34,932 bases of DNA, taken from the sequence record SRR2962707_5101. One strand, 5' to 3'. Below the pieces are notes generated by a model. The model was not told the origin of the DNA. It searched no databases and worked only from the letters and a program-made list of their open reading frames with translations. This document shows, piece after piece, positions 10,665 to 20,208 of the stretch. Position numbers and translations under genes: made by a program. Numbering within the stretch: position 1 is the stretch's first letter; every line of letters begins with the position of its first letter.

Positions 10665-11450
10665 ATGTCGAACACGAACAGTTTGTTGACGATCAAAGAC
10701 TTGTACGCCAGCGTTGAAGATAAGCAAATCATCAAAGGGCTTAATCTAGACATTAAACCAGGCGAAGTTCACGCAATTATGGGCCCAAATGGTGCCGGTA
10801 AAAGTACTCTAGGTTATGTGCTATCTGGCCGTGACGGTTACAGTGTGGATGGCGGCAGCGTTGCGTTAGCTGGCCAAGATTTGTTGGAAATGGAAACAGA
10901 AGACCGTGCCCGTGCCGGACTTTTCTTGGCTTTCCAATACCCAGTTGAAATCCCTGGTGTGAGTAACCTTGAGTTTCTTAAAGCCTCTGTCGATGCGCAG
11001 CGTGAAGCGCGTGGCGAAGAAGCGATTACGTCTGCGGAGTTCTTGAAAGAAGCTAAGATCGCTTGTAAACAAGTGGATTTGCCAGTGTCTTTCTTGAAGC
11101 GTGGCGTTAATGAAGGCTTCTCTGGTGGTGAGAAAAAACGTAACGAATTAATGCAGATGCTCCTGCTTAAACCAAAACTGTGCATCCTAGATGAAACAGA
11201 TTCTGGTTTGGATATTGATGCTTTGCAAGTGGTTGCTGAAGGTGTTAATAGTCAGCGTTCTGCGGATCGCAGCTTTATTGTTGTGACCCATTACCAGCGT
11301 CTTTTAGACTACATTAAACCGGACTTTGTTCATGTATTGTCTGATGGCAAAATTGTCAAAAGTGGCGATGCTTCTTTGGCGCATGAGCTAGAAGCACAAG
11401 GCTACGCTTGGTTGCAAAAAGCACCAGCTGAAGACGAGCTAGAGGGGTAA
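10665..11450 (+). CDS. sufC: Fe-S cluster assembly ATPase SufC
   Basis: GPNGAGKST Walker A, LAFQYPVEIPGV, NEGFSGGEKKRNE, LDETDSGLDIDAL; alternative TTG start at 10659. Confidence 0.97.
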   Translation: MSNTNSLLTIKDLYASVEDKQIIKGLNLDIKPGEVHAIMGPNGAGKSTLGYVLSGRDGYSVDGGSVALAGQDLLEMETEDRARAGLFLAFQYPVEIPGVSNLEFLKASVDAQREARGEEAITSAEFLKEAKIACKQVDLPVSFLKRGVNEGFSGGEKKRNELMQMLLLKPKLCILDETDSGLDIDALQVVAEGVNSQRSADRSFIVVTHYQRLLDYIKPDFVHVLSDGKIVKSGDASLAHELEAQGYAWLQKAPAEDELEG

Positions 11451-11453
11451 TGC

Positions 11454-12713
11454 ATGAGTGAATGGTTAGAAAGCGCCATTACTCGAGCGCAAAATCTTGA
11501 TGATTGGCTTGCTCCTAAACGTGCGCATGCTCTTGAGTTACTAGCGCAAACGAAATGGCCTACACGTAAGACGGAAGCGTGGCGTTATACGCCGCTGCGT
11601 CCTGTTGAACGAACTCAAGCGGGTGTTGTTTCTCATGACGTCGATTTGTCACCAGAAGCAATTACTGGGCTTACAGCGATTGAATTGGTGTTTGTGAATG
11701 GCAAATTTGATGCAGCACAATCCACTAAAGAGCTACCAGCAGGCTTGCTTGTTTCTTTAGGTCGAAACCTAGACGCTACCCAGCAAGCCGCGGCGTTAAA
11801 TGCGTTTTCTGCCATTAAACCTGAGCGTCATTTGTTTGGTTTGGTGAACGATGCATTAGCAGAAGATGTGATGATTGTCTCTGTTGCGCAAGGGGTTGAG
11901 ATTGCTCAGCCGATTCGCATTAGCTCGTTATTGAGTCAAGGGGCAGAGTCCCATACTCGTGTTCAAGTGTCGCTTGCTGACGGTGCTCGTTTGACTGTGA
12001 TTGAAGACATTCAATCACAAGGTGACACATTAAGTACCGCGTTTGTTGAATACGATATTGCGGCCAATGCGTACTTGGAGCATTACCGTTTTGCGTTGCA
12101 AACTGGCAGCAATGTTGCCATTGGTGGCAGTCACTTTAATTTGAGTGATAAATCGAAAATGCACAGCAGCATTGTTGGTTTTGGCAGCGACTTGTCGCGC
12201 TTAGATACCGACATCATCCATGGGGGTGAGTTTGCGGACGCTAAGCTGAATGCGATTTACCTGCTCGATGGTAAAGAGTTGTTTGACCTTCATGCGACGG
12301 TTGAGCACGCGATGCCTAACGGTACGACCGAAGAGAACGTACGTTGCATCGTCGCTGATCGTGCTCGCGCGGTGTTTAATGGTCGAATTCACATTCATCG
12401 TGATGCTCAAAAAACGTTAGCCGCGTTGAATAACCGCAATTTGTTGATGTCAGACAAAGCGGAAATTAATACTAAGCCTGAGTTAGAAATCTACGCTGAT
12501 GATGTGCGTTGTGCTCATGGTGCGACGGTTGCAGAGATTGATAAGCAAGCACTGTATTACTTGCAAACACGTGGCGTGAGTCGTTCAAAAGCTCAGGTGA
12601 TGCTCAACTTTGGTTTTATTAACGAGTTGATTGATTTAATGCCAAATGCGGCGTTGGCGGAGTGGGTTCGTCCTATTATTCGTGAACGTTTTGCGCAAAT
12701 GGAAGTGAAGTAA
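11454..12713 (+). CDS. sufD: Fe-S cluster assembly protein SufD
   Basis: EAWRYT, AVFNGRI, AQKT, NTKPELEIYADDVRCAHGAT, YYLQTRG. Confidence 0.95.
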   Translation: MSEWLESAITRAQNLDDWLAPKRAHALELLAQTKWPTRKTEAWRYTPLRPVERTQAGVVSHDVDLSPEAITGLTAIELVFVNGKFDAAQSTKELPAGLLVSLGRNLDATQQAAALNAFSAIKPERHLFGLVNDALAEDVMIVSVAQGVEIAQPIRISSLLSQGAESHTRVQVSLADGARLTVIEDIQSQGDTLSTAFVEYDIAANAYLEHYRFALQTGSNVAIGGSHFNLSDKSKMHSSIVGFGSDLSRLDTDIIHGGEFADAKLNAIYLLDGKELFDLHATVEHAMPNGTTEENVRCIVADRARAVFNGRIHIHRDAQKTLAALNNRNLLMSDKAEINTKPELEIYADDVRCAHGATVAEIDKQALYYLQTRGVSRSKAQVMLNFGFINELIDLMPNAALAEWVRPIIRERFAQMEVK

Positions 12714-12724
12714 GCGAGAAATGA

Positions 12725-13942
12725 ATGAGTCTTGATGTAGCAGCTATCCGTGAACAGTTTCCGATTTTAAAACGTGAAATTGATGGTAACCCTCTTGTTT
12801 ATCTCGACAATGCGGCCACGACCCAGAAGCCGCAATGTGTGATTGATGCTTTGGTTAATTACTATACGACCTGTAATTCCAATGTGCATCGTGGGGCGCA
12901 TCGTCTTGCGGATGAGGCAACGCGTCATTTCGAAGCGGCTCGTGATATCGTCAAAGACTTCATTAATGCGCCGAAACGCGAAGAAGTCATTTGGACATCT
13001 GGTACAACGGAAGGCATCAATATTATTGCCAATGGCTTGGGGCAATTATTGTCTCCAGGCGATGAAGTCATTACCACAGGCATGGATCACCATGCCAATT
13101 TGGTGACTTGGCAGCAAGCTTGTAAGGTGTCTGGGGCGACATTAAAAACGGTTCCAGTATTGGATTCTGGTGAACTGGACCAGTCCGCCTACAGTGCTTT
13201 GTTGAATGAACGCACTAAATTTGTTGCTTTTCCCCATGTGTCTAATGCGCTTGGTACGGTTAACCCAATCAAAGAAATGACCGCGGAAGCGAAACAGGTC
13301 GGCGCTTGGGTGTTGGTGGATGGTGCTCAAGGCGCTGCTCATGGCCGTGTTGATGTGCAAGATATTGGTTGTGATTTTTATGCGTTTTCAGGGCATAAAA
13401 TTTATGGGCCAATGGGCGTCGGCGCGTTGTGGGGCAAAGCGTCTGTATTGGCGAATTGGCCTGTTTGGCGCACCGGCGGTGAGATGATTTCAACGGTGAC
13501 TTTGCAAGACGCCACTTGGAATGTTCTGCCGTATCGTTTTGAGGCTGGCACGCCGAACGTCGGTGATGCGATTGCGATGGGCGAAGCAATTCGCTGGTTT
13601 AGCGCGCTTGATCAAGACGCGGTTGCGGCCCATGAAAAAGCCTTGCTGGATCATGCCACGGAACTGGCAGAACAGTTTGAAGGTTTGACCATTATTGGTC
13701 AGGCCAAAGAAAAGATTGGTGTGTTGAGCTTTGTGCTAGACCACGGTCATCCAGCGGACATTGGTTTTCTGCTTGACCGTCAGGGAATCGCGGTACGAAC
13801 CGGCGATCACTGCGCTCAGCCGCTAATGGCGCGCTTTAATGTGCCTGGCACTGCGCGTGCGTCCTTCTCGGTTTATAATACTTTAGAAGAAGTTGATGCC
13901 TTATTTGCTGCGCTGAAAAAAGTGCGCACCATGTTGGCTTAG
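12725..13942 (+). CDS. sufS: Group II cysteine desulfurase SufS
   Basis: YLDNAATTQKP, NVHRG, HHAN, SNALG, DGAQ, FSGHK (PLP Lys), FEAGTP, RTGDHCAQP. Confidence 0.93.
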   Translation: MSLDVAAIREQFPILKREIDGNPLVYLDNAATTQKPQCVIDALVNYYTTCNSNVHRGAHRLADEATRHFEAARDIVKDFINAPKREEVIWTSGTTEGINIIANGLGQLLSPGDEVITTGMDHHANLVTWQQACKVSGATLKTVPVLDSGELDQSAYSALLNERTKFVAFPHVSNALGTVNPIKEMTAEAKQVGAWVLVDGAQGAAHGRVDVQDIGCDFYAFSGHKIYGPMGVGALWGKASVLANWPVWRTGGEMISTVTLQDATWNVLPYRFEAGTPNVGDAIAMGEAIRWFSALDQDAVAAHEKALLDHATELAEQFEGLTIIGQAKEKIGVLSFVLDHGHPADIGFLLDRQGIAVRTGDHCAQPLMARFNVPGTARASFSVYNTLEEVDALFAALKKVRTMLA

Positions 13943-13951
13943 GAGAATTTG

Positions 13952-14302
13952 ATGACAGCAACAACATTTGATCCTGTCTCTAGCGTGTCGTTAACCGCTT
14001 CCGCACAGAAATACTTTGCGTCTAAATTGGCAAAACAACCGAATAAATTGATTCGTTTAAGCACCAAAGAAAGTGGCTGTACAGGCTTTTCTTATGTGCT
14101 GGACATCGTCGATGGTGCCTCGGAACAAGACACTGTTTTGTCGTTTGGTGACGTTACCTTCGCGGTAGATTCGTCTTCTGCGCAGATGCTAAAGGGAACC
14201 GAAATTGATTTGGTTCGCGAAGGCGTTAACGAAGTGGTTAAGTTTAATAATCCTAACGTTGTGGCGGAATGTGGCTGTGGCGAAAGCTTTAGTGTGAGCT
14301 GA
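13952..14302 (+). CDS. sufA: A-type Fe-S carrier (SufA/IscA, HesB family)
   Basis: SGCTGFSY and NPN...CGCGESF; AGGAG RBS; position within suf operon. Confidence 0.88.
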   Translation: MTATTFDPVSSVSLTASAQKYFASKLAKQPNKLIRLSTKESGCTGFSYVLDIVDGASEQDTVLSFGDVTFAVDSSSAQMLKGTEIDLVREGVNEVVKFNNPNVVAECGCGESFSVS

Positions 14303-14305
14303 TTC

Positions 14306-14836
14306 ATGCAAAAAATGGTAGTAACACAGCGTGCTTGTCCTGCTCGAAGAGTACCCAGCGGCGAGCCGACAAGCATTCCTGAAGGTCAGTTCATTACAAT
14401 TAATCAAAGCTTAGGTGGTAATTACACTGTCACGTGGCAAGGCAATATGCTGCGCATTGACGGCACTGATGCAGAGGCAATTGGTCAGCAACCAGAGGTC
14501 CTTAATTTCGAAAATTTAGGCTCTGATGAGATTAGCGAAGAGCAAGTCTGGCAGGCACTGAATACGATTTATGACCCGGAAATTCCGATCAGTTTAGTGT
14601 CACTTGGTTTGGTTTATAAAGTGGCGCTGGATCAAGCAAGCAAAAATGTACAGATTGATATGACGTTGACGGCACCTGGGTGTGGTATGGGGCCCGTTTT
14701 AGTTGGCGATGTGAAATATCGTGTCGCGAAAGTACCGAATGTTGAATCTGTTTCTGTTGAGCTGGTGTTTGATCCGCCTTGGTCTCGTGAAATGATGAGT
14801 GAAGAAGCTCAGTTAGAGGCTGGCCTTTTCTTTTAA
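14306..14836 (+). CDS. sufT: Fe-S cluster assembly protein SufT (DUF59)
   Basis: Q.LGG.YTV...RIDG.DA.AIG N-domain; DPEIP, MTLTAPGCGMG, FDPPW. Confidence 0.93.
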   Translation: MQKMVVTQRACPARRVPSGEPTSIPEGQFITINQSLGGNYTVTWQGNMLRIDGTDAEAIGQQPEVLNFENLGSDEISEEQVWQALNTIYDPEIPISLVSLGLVYKVALDQASKNVQIDMTLTAPGCGMGPVLVGDVKYRVAKVPNVESVSVELVFDPPWSREMMSEEAQLEAGLFF

Positions 14837-14872
14837 CGCCTTCGGTCAGTTCGTTACATCGAATACAATAAG

Positions 14873-14911
14873 AAACGGCCTTGGCACTTGCTAAGTGCCG
14901 TTTTGTTTTTA
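14873..14911 (+). terminator. Putative intrinsic terminator between sufT and sufE
   Basis: GGCACTT-GCT-AAGTGCC stem followed by GTTTTGTTTTT. Confidence 0.6.
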
Positions 14912-14974
14912 TAGGCGTTCACTTAATGACACGTCTTTTATTATTTTATCGCGTTTACGCAAAAGAGGGGAGTC

Positions 14975-15400
14975 ATGTCCTTACCAAGCACAGAAGAGAT
15001 TGTAGACGATCTGTTGTTTTTCGACGATTGGGAAGATAAGTACAAATACATCATTGATTTAGGTAAGTCTTTGCCGGTTTTTGATGATGCTTGGCGCACG
15101 CCAGAGCGTTTGGTGAAAGGTTGTCAGAGCAGCGTTTGGATTCAACCAGGCAGTGAACAAGATGCGGCGAAAGGTGAAGTGTTGACGTTTGCCGTAGACA
15201 GTGACGCCATCATTGTTCGTGGTCTATTGGGGTTGGTGTTGGCTGCGCTAAATCATAAAACGCCAGAAGAAATTTTAGCGTTTGATGTGACCGGCTATTT
15301 TGAAGAGTTGGATCTTGAACGTCATCTAAGCCCAACGCGTGGCAATGGTTTACGTTCTATCGTTGGTCGCATTCAAAATATTGCTAAATCTGCTGCTTAA
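14975..15400 (+). CDS. sufE: SufE-family sulfur acceptor
   Basis: [45 protein letters not shown]. Confidence 0.93.
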   Translation: MSLPSTEEIVDDLLFFDDWEDKYKYIIDLGKSLPVFDDAWRTPERLVKGCQSSVWIQPGSEQDAAKGEVLTFAVDSDAIIVRGLLGLVLAALNHKTPEEILAFDVTGYFEELDLERHLSPTRGNGLRSIVGRIQNIAKSAA

Positions 15401-15435
15401 TTGGCTTAAGCCGTGCTGTTTTCTCGGAGAAAGAT

Positions 15436-16581
15436 ATGAATACCCCCGTTTATTTAGATTATTCTGCTACTACGCCAGTTGACCCTAGAGTGGCTGAAAA
15501 AATGATGGCTTGCCTGACGCCGGATGGTAATTTTGGCAACCCAGCTTCACGTTCTCATCTATTTGGTTGGCGTGCAGAAGAAGCGGTGGAAGAGGCGAGA
15601 ATGCAAGTGGCGGCTTTGATTCATGCTGAGTCACGCGAAATTGTGTGGACCTCAGGGGCAACAGAAGCCAATAACTTGGCGCTGAAAGGCGTGGCGCATG
15701 CTTATCGTCAAAAAGGGCGCCATATCATCACATCGATGATAGAGCACAAAGCCGTATTGGACCCTTGCAAGCAACTTGAAAAAGAAGGCTTTGAAGTCAC
15801 CTATTTAAAGCCAGACAGTCACGGTGTTATTGCGTTAAGTCAGGTTCAAGAAGCGCTTCGCGAAGACACCATTTTAGTGTCTTTGATGCACGGCAATAAT
15901 GAACTTGGCGTATTAACTGACATTGCTGCGATTGGTGAGTTAACGCGAGCTAATGGTGTGTTTCTTCATGTGGATGCTGCTCAAACCACGGGTAAAGTTG
16001 CCATTGATGTGAACGCAATGAAAGTGGATTTGATGTCTCTAACCGCCCATAAAATTTATGGTCCAAAAGGCATTGGCGCCTTGTATGTACGTCGTACCCC
16101 AAAAGTGAAACTGGATGCACAGATTCATGGTGGTGGTCACGAGCGTGGCATGCGTTCGGGTACATTAGCGACCCATCAAATCGTTGGTATGGGCGAAGCT
16201 TTTCGTTTGGCGGGCGAGGAAATGGAGCAAGACTGTGCCCGTATTGAAGCCTTGCGAAATCGTTTATGGAACGCTTTAAATGAATTGCCTGGCGTCCATT
16301 TGAACGGGGACGCTGACGCGCGCGTTGCAGGGGTATTGAATGTGGGTTTTGCGGATGTTGATGGCGAAATTTTACTGATGTCGTTAACGGACATTGCTGT
16401 CTCGTCTGGTTCTGCTTGTACTTCGGCAAGCTTGGAGCCGTCTTATGTGTTGCGAGCCATTGGCTTGTCTGATGCCTTGGCGCACAGTTCATTGCGCTTG
16501 TCGGTTGGGCGCTTTACCACAGAAGCGGAAGTGGATTTTGCCGCGACAACGATAAAAAACGCAGTGAGTAAGCTTAGATAA
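15436..16581 (+). CDS. iscS: Group I cysteine desulfurase IscS (381 aa, short C-terminus)
   Basis: [58 protein letters not shown]. Confidence 0.95.
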   Translation: MNTPVYLDYSATTPVDPRVAEKMMACLTPDGNFGNPASRSHLFGWRAEEAVEEARMQVAALIHAESREIVWTSGATEANNLALKGVAHAYRQKGRHIITSMIEHKAVLDPCKQLEKEGFEVTYLKPDSHGVIALSQVQEALREDTILVSLMHGNNELGVLTDIAAIGELTRANGVFLHVDAAQTTGKVAIDVNAMKVDLMSLTAHKIYGPKGIGALYVRRTPKVKLDAQIHGGGHERGMRSGTLATHQIVGMGEAFRLAGEEMEQDCARIEALRNRLWNALNELPGVHLNGDADARVAGVLNVGFADVDGEILLMSLTDIAVSSGSACTSASLEPSYVLRAIGLSDALAHSSLRLSVGRFTTEAEVDFAATTIKNAVSKLR

Positions 16582-16743
16582 GATGGAATTGCTCGAAAAG
16601 CGTCTTTTAAATACGATATAACAAAAGAAAACGCGTTTCGGCATACAATTTTAACAAAGAGATGCGTATAATCCACGCGCTGAACTTTTATGTCTTGGGT
16701 CATGTTAAACATCACCCTTTTGAATTTAATTTGGAGTTATATC

Positions 16744-17151
16744 ATGGCGTTGGAACGTACTCTTTCTATCATCAAACCAGATGCTGTTGCGAAAAACGTA
16801 ATTGGCGAAATCTACACTCGTTTCGAGCGTGCTGGTCTTAAAATCGTTGAAGCTAAAATGGTTCAACTAGACGACGAATTGGCTGGCGGTTTTTACGCTG
16901 AGCACAAAGAACGTCCTTTCTACAAAGACTTGGTTGGTTTCATGACTTCTGGTCCTGTTGTTGTTTCTGTTCTTGAAGGTGAAGGTGCTGTTCTTCGTCA
17001 CCGTGAACTAATGGGTGCTACTAACCCTAAAGAAGCGGCTGCTGGCACTTTGCGTGCAGATTACGCAACTTCTATCGATGCTAACGCTGTACACGGTTCT
17101 GATTCTGTTGAATCAGCAGCTCGTGAAATTGCTTACTTCTTCGGTAAGTAA
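16744..17151 (+). CDS. ndk: Nucleoside diphosphate kinase
   Basis: [41 protein letters not shown]; strongly biased codon usage. Confidence 0.98.
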   Translation: MALERTLSIIKPDAVAKNVIGEIYTRFERAGLKIVEAKMVQLDDELAGGFYAEHKERPFYKDLVGFMTSGPVVVSVLEGEGAVLRHRELMGATNPKEAAAGTLRADYATSIDANAVHGSDSVESAAREIAYFFGK

Positions 17152-17187
17152 TTGACAGCTAGGACTTTTATGTCCGAACTGATTTGT

Positions 17188-17213
17188 AAAAGCGGGCGCT
17201 AGCCCGCTTTTTT
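17188..17213 (+). terminator. Intrinsic terminator 1 after ndk
   Basis: AAAAGCGGGC-GCTA-GCCCGCTTTTTT. Confidence 0.85.
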
Positions 17214-17218
17214 ACAGA

Positions 17219-17255
17219 GGCTTCTGAAAAGACCTTTCTTTTCAGAGGCTTTTTT
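17219..17255 (+). terminator. Second terminator-like hairpin after ndk
   Basis: GGCTTCTGAAAAGA-CCTT-TCTTTTCAGAGGCT followed by T-run. Confidence 0.7.
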
Positions 17256-17295
17256 CGTTTACACTTAATGCTATACACAGCAAGCGATATTTATT

Positions 17296-18411
17296 ATGAC
17301 TGACATCAAAAAAATAAACCTATTGGGTTTATCTCCTGAAAAACTGATCGAGTATTTTGAATCCATCGGTGAGAAAAAATTCCGTGCCACTCAAGTGATG
17401 AAATGGATTCATCAAAAGGGCGCTGAAAGTTTCGAAGAAATGACGGATGTCAGTAAGGTGCTGCGCGCAAAATTGGAAAAGACGTGCGAAATTCGCGCTC
17501 CAGAGATTGTTTCTCAAAACATTTCAACAGACGGAACACGTAAGTGGATTATCCGCACGGAAGGTGGCAAGAACGATTGTGTTGAGACGGTATTGATCCC
17601 TGATGGTGATCGTGCAACCTTGTGTGTGTCTTCTCAGGTTGGTTGCTCTTTGGATTGCAGTTTTTGCTCAACGGGTAAACAGGGCTTTAACCGTAACTTA
17701 ACACCGGCTGAGATTATTGGTCAGGTGTGGATTGCGATTAAATCCTTTGGCCCAATGGACCCAAATGGTCCTCGCCGCGTGACGAACGTCGTCATGATGG
17801 GCATGGGTGAGCCACTGATGAACTTTGAGCCTGTTGTCGATGCGATGATACTGATGATGCACGACAACGCGTATGGCTTGTCTAAGCGTCGTGTTACTTT
17901 GAGCACCTCTGGTGTGGTGCCAAAAATTTACGAGTTGGTAAAGCGTACCGATGTGTCACTGGCGATTTCTTTGCACGCACCCAATGATGCGCTGCGTAAT
18001 GAACTTGTGCCTATTAACAAAAAATACCCTATTGCTGAGTTGATTGAATCCTGCCAGCATTATTTGGCTAATTTGCCGGATAAACGCCACATCACGATTG
18101 AATACACCTTGATGTCGGGGGTGAACGACAATGAAAATCAGGCTCATGAGTTGGCGGAGTTGCTTCAAGAGTTGGAGTGTAAAATCAATTTGATACCATT
18201 CAACCCTTTCCCAAATTCGGGTTATGAAAAGCCATCTAATAATCGTACTCGTCGTTTCCAGAAAATTTTGGCTGACGCAGGCTATACTGTAACCGTGCGA
18301 ACGACCCGTGGTGATGATATTGATGCGGCGTGTGGCCAATTAGTTGGTGACTTTCACGATAAGACACGTCGTAGTCAAAAGTACATAGAGTTGCGTGAAG
18401 TAAAGAGTTAA
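17296..18411 (+). CDS. rlmN: 23S rRNA m2A2503 / tRNA m2A37 methyltransferase RlmN
   Basis: [15 protein letters not shown] radical SAM motif, [27 protein letters not shown]. Confidence 0.97.
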   Translation: MTDIKKINLLGLSPEKLIEYFESIGEKKFRATQVMKWIHQKGAESFEEMTDVSKVLRAKLEKTCEIRAPEIVSQNISTDGTRKWIIRTEGGKNDCVETVLIPDGDRATLCVSSQVGCSLDCSFCSTGKQGFNRNLTPAEIIGQVWIAIKSFGPMDPNGPRRVTNVVMMGMGEPLMNFEPVVDAMILMMHDNAYGLSKRRVTLSTSGVVPKIYELVKRTDVSLAISLHAPNDALRNELVPINKKYPIAELIESCQHYLANLPDKRHITIEYTLMSGVNDNENQAHELAELLQELECKINLIPFNPFPNSGYEKPSNNRTRRFQKILADAGYTVTVRTTRGDDIDAACGQLVGDFHDKTRRSQKYIELREVKS

Positions 18412-18456
18412 GCGGATCGTTCCGAAACTCCTGTAATGTAAGACAAGGATGTCTTC

Positions 18457-19185
18457 ATGAAAAAACACCTAGTGATGGCAATGGTGCTCAGCGCATTATT
18501 GCTTTCTGCTTGTGCTTACCAGCCTGTTAGCCAGAGTACCCACAAACATTCCGATCAAAAACGCTTGTCCTTGATACAGGCGCATCTTTTGTTGGGTCAG
18601 TTGCCATTGGCAAAATCCCAATTGGATCAAATTACAGATCAAAATCGACGTCGAGAGTATTGGCGTTTATTGAGTCTATACTGGCTGCAAGTGGGTGATG
18701 AGAGCAAAGCGTTAGATGCACACCGGCAAGGTTTGCAGCGATTTCCTAATGATGATTTTTTATTGAACAACTTTGGTGTTTTATTAGGAGCAAAACGACA
18801 GTGGTCCGAGGCCTGTCTGGCTTTTCAAAAGGCGGCCCAAAATGGCTTGTCAACAAGGCAATCCGTGTGGATTAACCTCTCTCGCTGTGCGATACGTCAA
18901 GATGACGTAAAAAAGGCGTGGAAGGATCTAAAACGAGCAAAAGAAATCGCACATTTGCCGCTTATTGGTTTGATGACTGAGCTTAATCTTGTTTTAATAC
19001 AGGGTAACCTTAGTAAGGCTCGCCTCATTTTAAATAATATCCAGGCTGAAACTAGAAATACGCAAAACACAGCGTATTTTGATGAATATAACTGTCTGTC
19101 GCGGCAGATCATCGCACGCGAAACTGACCCTACAATTTATTCATCCGCGAGCACTTCGATATGCTTGGATAGCTCAAGGTATTAA
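18457..19185 (+). CDS. TPR lipoprotein, divergent PilW/PilF-like
   Basis: Lipobox LLSAC, TPR-like helices with NNFGVLL; occupies the conserved pilW slot between rlmN and rodZ. Confidence 0.75.
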   Translation: MKKHLVMAMVLSALLLSACAYQPVSQSTHKHSDQKRLSLIQAHLLLGQLPLAKSQLDQITDQNRRREYWRLLSLYWLQVGDESKALDAHRQGLQRFPNDDFLLNNFGVLLGAKRQWSEACLAFQKAAQNGLSTRQSVWINLSRCAIRQDDVKKAWKDLKRAKEIAHLPLIGLMTELNLVLIQGNLSKARLILNNIQAETRNTQNTAYFDEYNCLSRQIIARETDPTIYSSASTSICLDSSRY

Positions 19186-19186
19186 C

Positions 19187-20200
19187 ATGACAACTGAATT
19201 CCAAACTGATGTTTCTTTTAACGACAGCGACACCGCAAACATTGATATCGGTAAGAGTCTTAAAGCCGCGCGAGTTGAGCGTCATTTAGATGAAAGGCAA
19301 GTTTCTACCGAATTAAAAATTCCAATCGACCAAGTGAGGGCGTTGGAAGACAATCAGTTTGATTATTTTAGATCTGCGACCTTTGCTAGGGGGTATCTTA
19401 AGGGCTATTGCCGTCTGGTAGGTCTGGATGTAAACCTGATGTTAGCGGCGTTCGATTCGCTCACCACCGCCAAAGCGGAATCTAATATTAAACCGGTCGA
19501 TAAGGTCATCAATAAGCAAGCAGGCTTTGGTGATCCTTTTGTTATTCTTATCTCCATTGTTATTATTGCCGTCTTGGTTTTTTTAGCGTTTTGGTGGCCT
19601 TCCTTTTCAAATAATAACTCGGCAGTGATTGAAAAAAATGCCGCCGCGGATCAAGCTGTCGAAGAGCAAAGCTCGGTAGATACATCCATGCCTGCTTTGG
19701 CTCCCTCTGCGACCTCTAACGAGGCTGCAGCGACCACTGAACCAGAAGCTTCTGTTGCTCAAGATTCGGATGATTCCGCCGTCAATAAAGCCGCCGCAGA
19801 AGAAGAGTTGCCGGTCGCTGATAATGCGGTCACGACTGGGCTGTCTGCGGAAACCATTGCGATCCTAGAAAAAGCGGGTGTTAATCCCCAAAAAGTCGAA
19901 GAAGCAACAAAAGATGTGCCTACAGAGCAAGTTGTCAGTACGCCTCAAGCTCCCCTTTATAAAAATGACATAGAAATGGCGTTTGATGCGGATTGCTGGA
20001 CTGAGATTCGAGACAGTACCGGTAAAATTTTATACTCAGGTGTGAAAGCCGCAGGCAGTAAATTAGAGGTTACCGGTAGCGCGCCTTATCGTGTTGTTAT
20101 TGGTTACGCTCGTGGTGTTTCCTCATTTAAATTTAAAGGTGAAGTCTACGACTTCTCCTCATATACTCACAAAGATCTGGCTCGCTTCGAGCTCAAGTAG
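19187..20200 (+). CDS. rodZ: Cell-shape protein RodZ
   Basis: HTH (IGKSLKAAR...FARGYLKGY), single TM, low-complexity linker, C-terminal [10 protein letters not shown] domain; start at ATG 19187. Confidence 0.9.
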   Translation: MTTEFQTDVSFNDSDTANIDIGKSLKAARVERHLDERQVSTELKIPIDQVRALEDNQFDYFRSATFARGYLKGYCRLVGLDVNLMLAAFDSLTTAKAESNIKPVDKVINKQAGFGDPFVILISIVIIAVLVFLAFWWPSFSNNNSAVIEKNAAADQAVEEQSSVDTSMPALAPSATSNEAAATTEPEASVAQDSDDSAVNKAAAEEELPVADNAVTTGLSAETIAILEKAGVNPQKVEEATKDVPTEQVVSTPQAPLYKNDIEMAFDADCWTEIRDSTGKILYSGVKAAGSKLEVTGSAPYRVVIGYARGVSSFKFKGEVYDFSSYTHKDLARFELK

Positions 20201-20208
20201 AGAAAACT

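Noticed and set aside
15950-16492. 180-aa antisense ORF inside iscS, and the many other 60-130 aa shadow ORFs
   Set aside because: Fully nested in conserved genes, with no RBS or recognisable motif; expected by-products of codon bias.
19079-19186. N-terminal extension of RodZ overlapping the pilW-like gene
   Set aside because: ATG 19187 follows the upstream stop and an AAGG RBS; the extension has no RodZ-like character. The same reasoning applies to the longer starts listed for ndk, ygiQ, the enoyl-CoA hydratase gene and the CNNM gene.
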